Under the pieces are notes generated by a model. The model was not told where the DNA came from, ran no database searches, and worked only from the letters and a program-made list of their open reading frames with translations. DNA of 64,000 bases from Eledone cirrhosa (Eukaryota): contig OZ024741.1 of assembly GCA_964016885.1 (NCBI GenBank), forward strand, positions 198,276,001 through 198,340,000. The letters are read 5' to 3'. This document shows positions 15,757-30,890 of the stretch, in pieces. Position numbers and translations under genes: made by a program. Position 1 is the stretch's first letter, and the number at the start of each line of letters is the position of its first letter.

Positions 15757-17081
15757 GGCAATTTAAAACATAGTGAAATATTTGAAAAGTCTCCTCAAGA
15801 AAGGCAAGAGTTTAACGGGCAAAAAATATATAAATAAAAGTAATGCAAGAGATATATAAAAAAAATAAGGAAATATAGTTAGGGTATGTGTATATGTATG
15901 TATATACACTCACAAATGTACATATGTGTGTATGTAAAAATGCATGTGTATGGTGAAAATGTGTGCGTAAGTACATATATGAGGGCAAGTATATTTGTGT
16001 ATATGTGACCACAAATACGTATATAATATGAGTTGAAAAAGAAATTGTAAGATAATATAGTTAACACGCATCCAGATACAGGTATTAAATACACATACGA
16101 GTATGAAAGCACGAGTATAAACACACACACACGCGCGGTCACTTATATGCGGAAGATAAAGAGGGAAGGGAGTGTAATAGTAAAAAGAAGTGTCATTCTC
16201 GATATATGTATAAAAATGAAACAATATATGAGAATGAAAATATTTTTTAAATCAAAGAGAAAGTAATCAATTAACACTAGAAAAAAGAAAACAAACATAG
16301 GTACGCACTTACACACACATATATATATAAAAATATTTATACATACAAATACGTACAGACAAAAGCGCATGCATGAGTACATACATACACACGAGGCACG
16401 TATATATATATATATATCGCCACATGTATATCTAATCACACGTACGTACGCGACTATATATATATATACATACATACATACACACCCATACATACGTATA
16501 CATATACACACATATACACACATATACATACACATACACATACATTCACCCGCATAAACACACACGTATAAATAAGTATGTAAAAAACATAGATATAAAA
16601 AACATAGATATAAAAACACACATACACACACATATATATACGTACGCACGCACACATACGGAGGCGCTCGTATACATATACAGTACGTATACACACATAT
16701 GCACACTCGCACGAATAGATACAGATTATAAACCAGTCGTATGAATAAATGAGTACAAATATAAAATCGGCTGCGAAACAACAGAATATATCTGAAGTGG
16801 AAAACGCAAGTGACATGTGGTATCAGGTAGTGAAAGAAAATGGGGAAGTAAAATGTGGAATGTGAAGATATTAGGTAAGTGAATATATATATATATACTC
16901 ATTTTATTAGGGCAAAATATCGAGTCTTGTTACTCTCGAGTTTCGCCTGTTTATCATTATAAATATTATACAAAAACTTGTAACAAGTCTCACTATTTAG
17001 CCTTAAGAAAATGAATATTGAAATAAATATACACACACATACACACATAAACACACACCACACAGATAAATAGACATACAG

Positions 17082-17157
<76 letters not shown>

Positions 17158-17170
17158 ACACATACACACC

Positions 17171-17214
<44 letters not shown>

Positions 17215-17941
17215 GAGGTTATATTTAATTTGTTAGGATTCAACAAGCTTAAACATTTTTATAACTGATATAAAGCACTCAACAATTTAGTGGAGTAAAT
17301 ATTCAATATATTAATAAATGGAAACTATATTTATAAAACCATATTTATTTTATTATATATATTTCAAGGGCAACCAAGGCAAATTATGGTGCGCTTTCAT
17401 CAGATAAAATACAGATTTGTTTTATAAATAAATATTGACATACCCGGAAAAAAGACAACCTTAACGGTTGGAGCTTCTTGGATAGTGGAGATAATATGTT
17501 ATTGTGGGTAATACAAAGTTATGAGTGAGTATGCAAATGGGTGTCCGAAAAGTTGAAAAGATAACGGTTTATTTAAATTAAACTGTTGGAACGGATGATA
17601 TGTAAGGGAGAGAGAAAAAAGAAAAAAGAAAAGGAAGGAGAAAGAGAGAAGAGGAAAGAAAGAACGATTAAACATAGTGATATTGAAGAAATTCAGAATG
17701 AATGAAGAAATAAGTTTTAATGGAGAAATATACATAGCGTAAATATATCTAAGTGAAAGAAGAAGTGAAAGAAGAAATAAGATTAACGTGGAAGAATAAT
17801 ATTTAGAATGTAGGGTTCATTACGTTGTGATTATAATATTTATAATGATAGGTTGAAAAATTATATTAAAATTAAAAATTAGAAATCAAAATTAAAGATT
17901 AAAATTTGCCTTATTATTAAAGATTTAATTTAATAATTTGA

Positions 17942-17972
<31 letters not shown>

Positions 17973-17985
17973 ATATCTATATATA

Positions 17986-18041
<56 letters not shown>

Positions 18042-18430
18042 TATACATATATGTGTGCGTGTGTGTGTATGCGTGTCTGTATGTCTGTTTATCAGTGTGA
18101 TGTGTGTTTATGTGTGTATGTGTGTGTATATATGTATGAGTGTAATAGACACTTACAAGAAAAATATTTAGTGAAGTAGCAGGAGTTAAATAATTTTTTT
18201 AATATTTTAAAACTGTAATTCGTGTAAAATAACGGCAGATTCTCGCATATTATCGACACAGCCATTTGTAAACACTTAAAACTCGAAGAAAATCACAGTT
18301 AATCGCTTACCCTTTATGTAAGCTCGCCGGTGGATTGTGAAACCATTTGCATCCTAAGATGTAATATTGTGTATATGATTAATACATACACACTCATGCA
18401 CACACGCACATGAACACACACACACAATAC

Positions 18431-18476
<46 letters not shown>

Positions 18477-18516
18477 ATGCGTGTCTGTATGTCTGTTTAT
18501 CAGTGTGGTGTGTGTT

Positions 18517-18560
<44 letters not shown>

Positions 18561-18746
18561 AACAAAAGATGGTTAAAAGAGTTCCATGTATTTTATTATG
18601 CGCATTTCAAAAACAAATATTCTTATATATTATGTATACTCCAGTCCTACAAACTGTAGAGTGCTTCTTATCCGATATCTGCATTGCTTTATTGTACTAC
18701 AATAAAACTCACCTCCTACATATATATATATATGTGTATATACATA

Positions 18747-18811
<65 letters not shown>

Positions 18812-18817
<6 letters not shown>

Positions 18818-19446
18818 TACCGAGAATTGTATTTCGGCTTTGGAATTAGCGAAAAACAACTTCCGAGATGTGTGGCAAGCGCTCAATAATTCTGACGAAC
18901 CAGAGCTACAACATACGTCAAAGGCCAAACACACTGAGACGATGGTTAAACCGTCATCCGCACAACCATAGAAACGACCAAGTAATTCGGGTCATACAAA
19001 TAAAAAAATATGTGATTGAAAAAATTTACCGGACCCCTGGATGGTTGATAAAATCCAGCATTTGGGTTTCTGCGACTCCTAAATCAAGTACTGTCCGCTT
19101 AGACAAATAATGTTAAGCTGCTGGTAAGATGATTGAACAAGGAAGTCACTTTCTCAACAGGTTTTAGTTCAAGTGCCAGGCAAAGGAATGACCGTTACCG
19201 ATACCCACGTGGGGCTCGACAAGGGAGGCAACACTTATTTTTGGCGGAAGAAATTCAGTATGTGTATATTATTGCAAAAATGCAAAATATCACAAAACGA
19301 ATTAAGCTCTTAACAGAATGGTTATAAGTTAACAAAAGCTATTCATCAGTCAATAGAATCAACTAAAAAAATCAAGAAAATTAACTGGTCAATAGCTAGA
19401 CTCTGGAGATTAATACAAATATAAATTAGCGAGAATCGTATTTCGG

Positions 19447-19450
<4 letters not shown>
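18812..19450 (+). mobile_element. Unclassified ~610-bp element with terminal redundancy, in (TA)n
   Basis: Start AAATTACCGAGAATTGTATTTCGGCTTT recurs at 19422-19450. A second copy lies at 61378-62205. Confidence 0.7.
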
Positions 19451-19540
<90 letters not shown>

Positions 19541-19588
19541 ATTGAGTACTTTACTGTGGTTACCCCCGATTGAACTCGGGATACACAC

Positions 19589-19656
<68 letters not shown>

Positions 19657-19661
<5 letters not shown>

Positions 19662-20062
19662 GTCTGTGTTGCTGTATGGGTCTGAGACTTGGACACGGAC
19701 CAAGAAACACAGTCAGATGGTGGATGGGTGCTACTCGAGAATGCTGAGGATGGTTCTGAACATTAATCAATATACATTGGAGATAAAAATAATAAAAAAA
19801 ACTCAGAACTCTATGGGAGCCTCCCAAAATTCAGCTCGAAAGTAGCACAGAGGAGACTGGGGTTAGCTGGACATGCTCACCGACATCCAGAGTTGACACT
19901 GCACTCAGTGCTCCTGTGTGAGGCCCTGCACGGACACACTAGAAGAGGGAGACCGAGGTTGACATATGTTGATGCCCTGAGGACAGACACCGGTCTCTTG
20001 GAGACGCAGGACATGGCAGTGAGGATGAGGGACAGAGACCGCTGGGGAGAACTCGTCCATGG
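19657..20062 (+). mobile_element. RTE-clade LINE 3' fragment
   Basis: [22 protein letters not shown] and LAGH..RH..RGRPRLTYVD.L..D.GL match the RTE C-terminal region. Confidence 0.8.
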
Positions 20063-20445
20063 AAAAATTAGGTATTAGGATTGGTGCTCTGAAATGTTTT
20101 TAATTTAACATACGGTATATTGCCAAATATACAATACATACATCGCTATTTCAGAGCACCAATCCTAATACCTAACTTTTGCTGGACAGGCAATCGCTCT
20201 GTATAATCAGCTCTTGATTATTACTGGAATTCTATAAGAATCCAGCTTCTATAATTTTCGGCGAAAGCAGGTGAGTACGTGGCTCTGATAAACGCCAGCC
20301 AGCGTGAAACAGACTGTCAGCTTTCTCCCTTCTTTCGCCGAAAAGAAGTGACATATTCACTACATTAAAACTGATAGCGTATGGTCTTCTAAATTTTTTT
20401 AATTAAACATACGGTATATTGCCAAATATACTATACATGCATTTA
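20063..20445 (+). mobile_element. PLE-type terminal repeat (inverted 5' piece, partial tandem repeat, HHR)
   Basis: 20066-20095 is inverted at 20148-20178, and 20096-20143 is repeated at 20395-20443. HHR-like fold at 20281-20322: GGCT-CTGATAA-ACGCcagccaGCGT-GAA-ACAGaCTGT-C/AGCT. Confidence 0.65.
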
Positions 20446-20523
20446 TATATATATATATCCGTATGTGGCGAGAGAAAAGAGTACTCAATACCGAAGTAGA
20501 GTTTTAATATTCATATACATATA

Positions 20524-20564
<41 letters not shown>

Positions 20565-20656
20565 GTGTGTCTGATGGTAGCTAACATGCTTCCATAGGCG
20601 GTATGTCGGTTGAGCACTCTATGCTCTTACAGAGCAGAGTATATATATATATATAT

Positions 20657-21679
<1,023 letters not shown>

Positions 21680-21836
21680 TTAATTAAAAGCATTTTCTGA
21701 GATTAAAGTAAGTGAATTTGTCACTACTCTAAAACAATAGCATACGGTCTTCAAAATGCTTTTAATTAAGCATAAAGTGTATTGCAAAATACATTATATA
21801 TACATCCATATGTATATTGCTATTTCAGAGCTCCAA

Positions 21837-21950
<114 letters not shown>

Positions 21951-22558
21951 CTCTGAAATACTCGTGTTGGTACCAAATCACGCACTCTATGCACAGGCAG
22001 AGTATATATACTAGAAAAAACGAGGAACTTTCGTTTACATATGAAAAATATTTATTGTGTATCGACCTGTTACGCGCGTTTCGCGCAGGAGGTTAACATC
22101 TGAAGAACATATTTTAATGTTTGTAACCTGTTCTCTTTCATCCATTTAATTGCCTCCTTCCTATCTTCTCTTCCTTCCTTCGAGTCAATTCACATTGAAC
22201 AGCTGATCTCTGTCCTTCGAAGTAATATTTTACTGTTCTTATATTTTGCTGTTCTAACAGCTATTCCTGAGAATATATATATATATATATATATATATAA
22301 TTGTTAATACAATAACAGAGAAAGCTTTAAGCTAAACTCTGACTGGCTACCATCTCACTCAACAAACATTAGGATATACCTTAGTATAATCCCAATTTTG
22401 TGTTTGGGGTGGTAACTATATGTATTTTGTGGAAAGCCAGTTGTATTATTTTATATGAGATATAATTAAAATTAAAATATATATCTCTCTTTCCAAACAA
22501 TTGTTTCATTATAAGTTTTCTACAAGTTGGGAGAATGTTTCCGGTTTAGGTAGAAGCC

Positions 22559-23092
<534 letters not shown>

Positions 23093-23106
23093 ATATATAT
23101 ATATAT

Positions 23107-23283
23107 AGTAAAAATAATAAATGTGAAGACTAAAATCTAAAGAGGGCTCGATGAGGATAAATATATATCAAATATATAAGAACTTTCACCCTTAACGGGA
23201 TCTTCTGAAACTCTTCAGAAGATCCCGTTAAGGGTGAAAGCAGCGATTCTTTGCTTAAACTTTAATCTGTTATTTTAATAAAT
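23107..23283. mobile_element. Short palindromic copy of the CAGAAGA-HHR family
   Basis: CTTTCACCCTTAACGGGATCTTCTGAA-actc-TTCAGAAGATCCCGTTAAGGGTGAAAG palindrome at 23183-23240. Confidence 0.75.
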
Positions 23284-23776
23284 ATATATATGTATATATA
23301 TATAAATGGCAAACATAAATAACAAAGCAAAGGACACAGTAAAATGAAGAAATATTTTACGCTTGATATAGTAGGAAAAGAGTCTTAACGTTTTGGACGC
23401 TAGTCCTACATCGGAAAATAGAATGAGAAATTAAAGAAAGATAGATTTGAGTGAACATTGGCAGAAACGAAATAATATTTCTTTGAGAAAAAGCAGGTCT
23501 ATTCAAATCGACATGAAAGATATGTTGACATATTCAAATATATAAAGAGGTGTGTTTACATACGCATTTCTTGCAGATTGTGTGTGCGACTGTGTGTACA
23601 TGTGTACTGCGCATATATGTGTACACATATATCATCTGCTTATACTGATTTGTATACAAGTTTTAATAAATACACGTGCACACATACAAACATTCTATTT
23701 CGCACATACACAACACACACGCACACACTTTTTCTTTCTCCCTCTCCCTCCATTTCTCTCATACCCTCTCTGTCTT

Positions 23777-23811
<35 letters not shown>

Positions 23812-24378
23812 CACTATCTTTTTCTCACTCTCTCTCTCCCTCACTCTCTCTCTCTCTCACTATCCTTCTCTCTCACTCTCTCTCTCTCACTATCTCTCTC
23901 TCTCTCACACACACACACGCACACACGCACACACACACACACACGCGCACACACGCACACATGCACACACAAATACGTATTCGTTTTGTACTGGTGTTAG
24001 CCTCTTGGGAATGTGCTTCTTGGAGCAGTGCCATTAGTTTTACTGCAGTCCTTTGGTGTTGACTGCATTGTTGTTGAGTCATTTGGGATCTTGTTAAATA
24101 GATTGGCTACACTGTCAGTTTCTACATTAATCGATCAGTTGTAGTTAATATGTTTCCTGAGCTACCTCCAGTACAAAGCTGTTGCCACTACTGAGTGCGT
24201 ATCTGAGATTGAGGTGGCACTATCTTTGGCACTGTGCAGTGGTGTCTAATCTGGGCATTAATAATACCAACATTTGGTGCCAGTCATACAAACTAATTGT
24301 ATATATTGAGTACTTAGCTGAACAATGGTCTTACTTGTCTAAACTGATAACTCCCAGTCTCTATCTATAAATATATAT

Positions 24379-24537
<159 letters not shown>

Positions 24538-24749
24538 TTTTCATTGTTGTAGTATTGAGATGGCAACATGCCTCTGGTCGCATTTTTCATTGTGTCACTA
24601 TTACCTTATTTATTGTTATTACTCAGAGGATTAATTTATTAAATAATCTCTCACTGAGTGCTTTTAACAGCCTTAGAAAATCAATTGTGAATCTGTTGTG
24701 AAGCTGCAACTTCGGTTATACTCATTATTATTATTTTTATTATTATTAT

Positions 24750-27600
24750 TATCTTTGAGTCTCAGTCATTCATGACATTTCACTGGAAAGTTTGTTGAAA
24801 TGAATATCTAGCCACTACCTGCAGCCTCAGGACGTATCGGAGGGTTCTTGCTGTTCCCAGCAAGCATGCCTTTTGAAGTGTTCCAAAAAGCGGGGCGAGG
24901 CCAATTTTTCTTTAACCATCCCTGGAAACTCTTTGAGATAGTACCTAGTGTGCCTATGACAATCGGGACCACTTTGACTTCATGGCAGTTCCAAATCCTT
25001 TTTACCTCCCACTTTAAGTCCTGGTATCGGTTAATTTTCTTCCTCTCTTTCTCTTGCACTCTCGTGTCGAATGGGCAGGCCACATCCACAATCAGGCACG
25101 ATCTTTTTTCCTTGTCCAAAACCACCAGGTCAGGTCTATTGTGTTCCAGTTTCTTGTCCGTCTGTATCCTAAAATCCCACAACACCTTCACCTGATCGTT
25201 TTCTATCACCGCCTCTGGCTTATGCTCATACCACTTCTCAGAATGTGGTAAATTGTTTACTTTACATAGGTGCTAGTGGATCACCCTGCCCATCACATCA
25301 TGTCTCCAGCCTTTATAGTGAGTCTGGGCTAGGTGTTTACACTCGGATACAATGTGAGCCACAGTTTCCTCTCTCTCTCTCTCCACAGATCCTGCACAGT
25401 GGGCTAGCCTCCTCCTTGTAAATTTGGTGTTTCAGCCACTTCGTTTTGAGGGCCTGCTCTTGCGCAGCCATTAGCATTCCTTCTGTAGCCTTTTTAAGGT
25501 CTCCTTTTTTCAACCTGTTCCATGTCTGTAGATCTCTGAATTCAGTTTTCTCAAAGAAGGTACTATGAAGGGATTTTTCATGAAGGTTGCTCTTTCTCCT
25601 TGTTGTTATTTCCCCCTTGGACATCCCCTGGTCTATTGTCCTCTCCTTCAGTACAATTCTGAGCATTGGTTCCCTACTATCAGTCACGTATTTGTGTAGG
25701 TTGTTTTTCTCCATCTGAACAGTCCTCTATGCTGATAAGACCTCTTCCACCTTCAGATCTCCTTAAGTAGAGTCTATCAACATCACTCCTCTTGTGGAAC
25801 ATGTTGTAGATAGTCAATAGCTTCCTAGTCTTCCTATCCATTTCTTTTTGTTCAACAACATTCCATCTCAGAATTCCCGCACTGTACCTCATAATAGACA
25901 CAGCTCGGGAATTTACTGCACTTATGGCATTCCTACTGTTCAGATGTGATTTTAATACGCTCCTTACTCTCCGAATGTATTCAGATCTTATCAATTCCTT
26001 CATTTTTTTGTTCTTGATGTCATCAGCCTCCAGAACACCCAAATACTTGTATCCTTCTTCAGTGTCAATTTCCTTTATCATCTCACCTGTTGGTACCTGG
26101 ATTCCGTTGCTTCTGCTCAATTTACCCCTCTTCATCACAAGGACTCCACACTTACTAATACCAAGTTGTATACATATATCATTGCTGAAAATACGGACAG
26201 TGTCAACAAGCACATCCAACTCCTTCTCACTCTTTCCGAAGAGCTTAAGATCGTCCATGAAGAGGAGGTGATTGATGGTAAGCTCTCCCTTTCCCAACTT
26301 GTATGCTGCTCTCACTTTCGCAGTCAGGGGCATCAGGGCAAGGACAAACAACAGAGGGGACAGACTATCTTCACGCCTCCCAAGGATTCTCCAGCTGATG
26401 TTAACTCTGTTTTCCAGGACTTCATACTTTTGTTCAACAACTGTCTGATGTTATCTGCCACCTTGAAGATCTCTAGGCTTTTGGTGATCCACGAATGAGG
26501 CACCATGTCAACTGCCTTTTTGTAGTCTATCCATCCCATGGCAAGACCAGTGTGTCTCCTTTTGCAATTCCTCATTACCATCTTATCAATAAGTAACTGG
26601 TCCTTTGTACCACGGACTTCTTTCAGCATCCTTTCTGTTTGTCCGGTGACAAGTTATTTGTGTGGAGGTGATGGTAGATTTCCTCAGACACAATGCTTGT
26701 CAACAGTTTCCACATAACGGACAGACATGTGATAGGTCTATAGTTGGTAACATCATTACCCTTGATACGCTCTTTCATTACCAGAACTGTGGTACCTTTT
26801 GTCAACCATTCTGGTACCTCGCCTGACATCAAGCAGTCTTTGACCATGGTTATCAGTTTCGGGTGGAGGGATGTTATATTTTTAATCCAATACTCCTGCA
26901 CACCATCTGGGCCTGGTGATGTCCAGTTGGTTAGTTTTTTGGCCTGCCCCTTAAGAGTTTCAACTGTGATACTCAAATCAGTTTGTTGGTGTGCCTGTTC
27001 ACTAATCTCATTTTGTACTGTCTAAATCCACACTGCCTGGTCATTATGTTTAACATCCTGCTCTCATATTCCTCTTCAGAATGTCTGAGTTTGTTCCGCC
27101 TCAGGGATCAAGTCGTTGCCTCTTTCTTTCCCTTCAAGCTGTCCAAACAACATCTTCTGGTTGTTGTCAAACATGCGGTTTTGTCTATACTGACTGACTC
27201 TGCTCTCGTATCGCCTAATTTTTGCACTCTTTGCTACAATGCGTTGCTTCAGTTCCTCTATGATAATATTTATCTTTTTCTTCCTAGTTTTGTACTTTAT
27301 TTCCAGTCTATTTTTAGTGTCTATGTTTTTTAATGTCCCATTCAGTAGGGACTCAAGCTTTCCAATGTCATTTCTCATTTCCCAGATTTGACCATTCAGT
27401 CGTTTCTTCCACTAAGGTTCTGATCTTTCTTGTTTGTTGTTTGTTGTTTCCTCTCGCTTTTATGCCAAGTAATTTCCTCACCGCATTTGCTGTTGCTTTG
27501 AGGATATTGTTGCACTGGTGAGGCTCCTCGCCTCAAGGTATGGGATGACTTTGTTTACCTTAGCTGTTGTGTCTTTTAACTTTTTCCTGTCTACAAATCT
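24750..27600 (-). mobile_element. R4/Dong-type RLE non-LTR retrotransposon, frameshifted and 5'-truncated
   Basis: RT motifs SPGPDG, NYRPITCL, HLLFMDDLKL and YKYLG; zinc knuckle CRICG; RLE WDF.IQTD..NRPDLVV..VDVACP. The 3' end abuts (TAA)n at 24724-24750. Confidence 0.9.
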
Positions 27601-27780
27601 CTGTTCTGTTCTATAATTTTTTGACTATAATTTTTCTATAATTTTTTTCCCTTTCATCCCTACGTGGCCGACACCACAAAGCACCTGCAACACACCGGGA
27701 CAATTGCTGGCGCCGTGCCAAAAGCAGAAGCACTTATTATTATTATATTATAGTTTAGATTTGACATTGTTTAAACTAAA

Positions 27781-27823
<43 letters not shown>

Positions 27824-27825
<2 letters not shown>

Positions 27826-30800
27826 AGTTGCATTTATCTTGCTTTATGTTCATACGAGTTATCACCAAGTCACAACCAGTGACCTCAAGAGACAACAAGG
27901 TCCGCCATGTTCAAGAAAGAACATACATACTCACACATGCATCTTTAGTGTTTAGACTTGTGATGTACTTATATTGACAGAATCTTCCTTAGTATATGGG
28001 CAGTTCTCATTAGTACTATCTTTTGTATTTCTCCTATACGCGGGTTTCCTGGGATTTGCGATAAGTAATCATTAGACCCCTTAGGTATCATTCCCAGAGC
28101 GCCTACAACCACTGGTATTGTTTTAGTTCTCAATTTCCACATTTTTTCCAATTTCTATCTCCAGGTCCTTATACTTGCTCAATTTTTCAAATGTTTTTAT
28201 AGATACATTCTTGTCTATTGGAACAGACATATCAATTAGCAGGCATACCCTCTTTTTAAAGTCCTTCAATATTATATCAGGTCTATTTGCATCTATTTTT
28301 CGGTCTGTTTGGATGCTAAAGTTCCACAAGATTGAGATGTGATCTTTTTCAAGTATGGGAAGTGGTTGGTGCTCCCACCAATTCTTTTGATGGGGCAGGT
28401 CAAAATGCTTAGACATTATCCAATGTATGTATTGTGCAGCTCTGTCATGCCTGTTTAGGTATTCGGTTGGAGCTATAGGACTGCACATTGAAATTATATG
28501 GTCAATGGTCTCTGGTTGTTTTTTGCATACACGGCATAATGGGCTGCATCCATTTTTTATTATGTTGGCTTGGTAATTTTTTGTTGACAGACACTGATCT
28601 TGTGCTGATATAATCAGTCCTTCAGTCTCCGATTTCAATCCAGAGGATGCCAACCACTGATGGGTTAAAGTTTTGTCAACATCAGGATTGTTAGCTCGCT
28701 CTGGGTATTTTCCATACAGAGGCTTTTCTTGCCATTTCTTAGCCAGTTTCTTTAGCAGTTCTTTCTTTGCAGTTACTTTTACCTGCTTTGCTTTTTCTGT
28801 GTTTTCCATTTCAGCAGTAAATGGGACTTCTGAAATTTGTAGTCCATTACTGTATTTTTGTGCATCTTTTGTAATGGAATATGATCTTTTGATGCTTTCG
28901 TGTTTCAAAACGAGTTTGATCATCCAATCATTGATTCCCTTAGATATGTAGATAATCCAATTGTTGCAGTTTTCAACGCAATGTCTAACTGGATTAACCC
29001 ACGTCCTCCTTCTTTCCTAGGGAGATATATTCTATCTATATCTGCCTTAGGGTGATGCATTCTGTGCATGGTTAAGAATTTTCGAATGTTTGTATCGAGC
29101 CTACGGATCTCTGTGCTTGACCAGTTGATGACATTGTAACTGTAGGTTACTACTGGTATGGCAAGCGTGTTTATGGCATCGATCCTATTCCTTGCATTCA
29201 ATTCCGTTCTTAAGATTTCTCTTACTCTGCGGTAACATTCCTTCCTTATCCTTTCCCTCATTGTCGAGTGCTTGATTCCGTCTCCTTCACAAACACCTAG
29301 ATATTTGTAAGTTTTTTCTTGATCAAGTTCTCTTATCACGTTCCCCCGATCAAGATTAATGTCTGAACTCTTCAGCAGCTTTCCTCTGGTGAACGTTGCT
29401 TTGGCGCATTTATCTAGTCCAAACTCCATTTTAATGTCATCACTGAACTGGTCCACACTGGATAATTGCCCTTGCAATTGTTCATCATTTTTTGCAAATA
29501 GTTTCAGGTCATCCATGTAGAACAAGTGATTAATGGTTTTGTCATAGACTTTATATCCATGTTTTGTTTCATTGAGCATTTTACTTAATGGTATAAGTGC
29601 GATGCAGAATAAAAGCGGTGATAAAGAGTCACCCTGAAAAATTCCACAATTAATATTAACTTCTCCAGCTTCCAGTGATTTTGTTTCACTATTCAAAAGG
29701 AGTGTCGTTTTCCATGTCTTCATACTGAATGACAAAACCTCCGGACAACGGGGGATATTTTGAAAATCTCTAAACATTTTTCAATCCAACTGTGTGGCAA
29801 ACTATCGAATGCTTTTTCATAATCTATCCAAGCAATCGATAGATTTTTGTGTCTATTATGACAATCTTCCAGTATCATTTTGTTAACCAGAAGCTAATCC
29901 TTACAGCCATATGAGCCTCGTTTACACCCTTTCTGCTCAATGGGAAATAGGTCATTTGTTATCAGGTGGTCATATGTGTATTCAGTTAGGACTGATGTTA
30001 AAATTTTATACATTGTGGTCAAGCAAGTTATCGGTCTGTAATTTTGGGGATTGTTTGTCTCATCATTCTTCGGAAGCAGGAATGTAATGCCGTTAACTAG
30101 CCATGATGGTATCTTTTCTGGCTCCTTAACTATTTCATTGTAAAGTTGGGCTAACAGCTCATGAGACTCTGTGAAGGCATTTATCCAAAAGTTTTGTATT
30201 TTGTCTTTTCCTGGGGATTTCCATTTGCTGGTTCTTCTTAGAGCCAAGCGCAACTGTTCAACTGTTATATTTTCCCATATTTGTTCCTCAAGGTGAGCTG
30301 TATCTTTCATTTGTCTGTCTATCCATGGGGCATGTATGTTATGAACTTTTTTCTTCGGCCCAGATCTTTTCCCAGAATTCTTGCACTTCCTCCTTGGGTG
30401 GTATTGATTTAGCAGTTATTGTTGACTTACCAATTTTTCTGTAGAAGTTTCTTTGGTTGTTTTTGAACATATTATTGTCCTTATAGAATCTAGATCGTTT
30501 TTCAAAGCGCCTTATACGAGCAGCTTTGGCCGACACTTTTTGCTTGATTATTTCTATGAGCATGTCTATGTCACTTGTTGATTTTATACTGTACTTTTTT
30601 TTCAATTTTTTAAGTTTAGTTTGTTTAACATGTTCACCTACTTTATAGTTTGTTAAAATTTCTATGTCAGATCGGAGAAGGTTTATTTGGCGATTGATGT
30701 TCTCTTGCCAAGTAGATTTCTTGTGGGAATTCCTTTGTTTTTTCATCTTCACTCCACATAAGTGAGTGGTGACTTTAGCCGATGCATAATAGAGATGATT

Positions 30801-30890
30801 TAAATCAGTAATGTTTAGTTTGTTTGTGATGATAATGTTTTTGAGAATTATGTTAGTCTTGTGTATTATCTTTTGGTTCTGTTTGGAGTT
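27824..30890 (-). mobile_element. R4/Dong-type RLE non-LTR retrotransposon, frameshifted and 5'-truncated
   Basis: [40 protein letters not shown] and NRPDII..IDMS. The 3' end abuts (TAA)n at 27782-27823. Confidence 0.92.
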
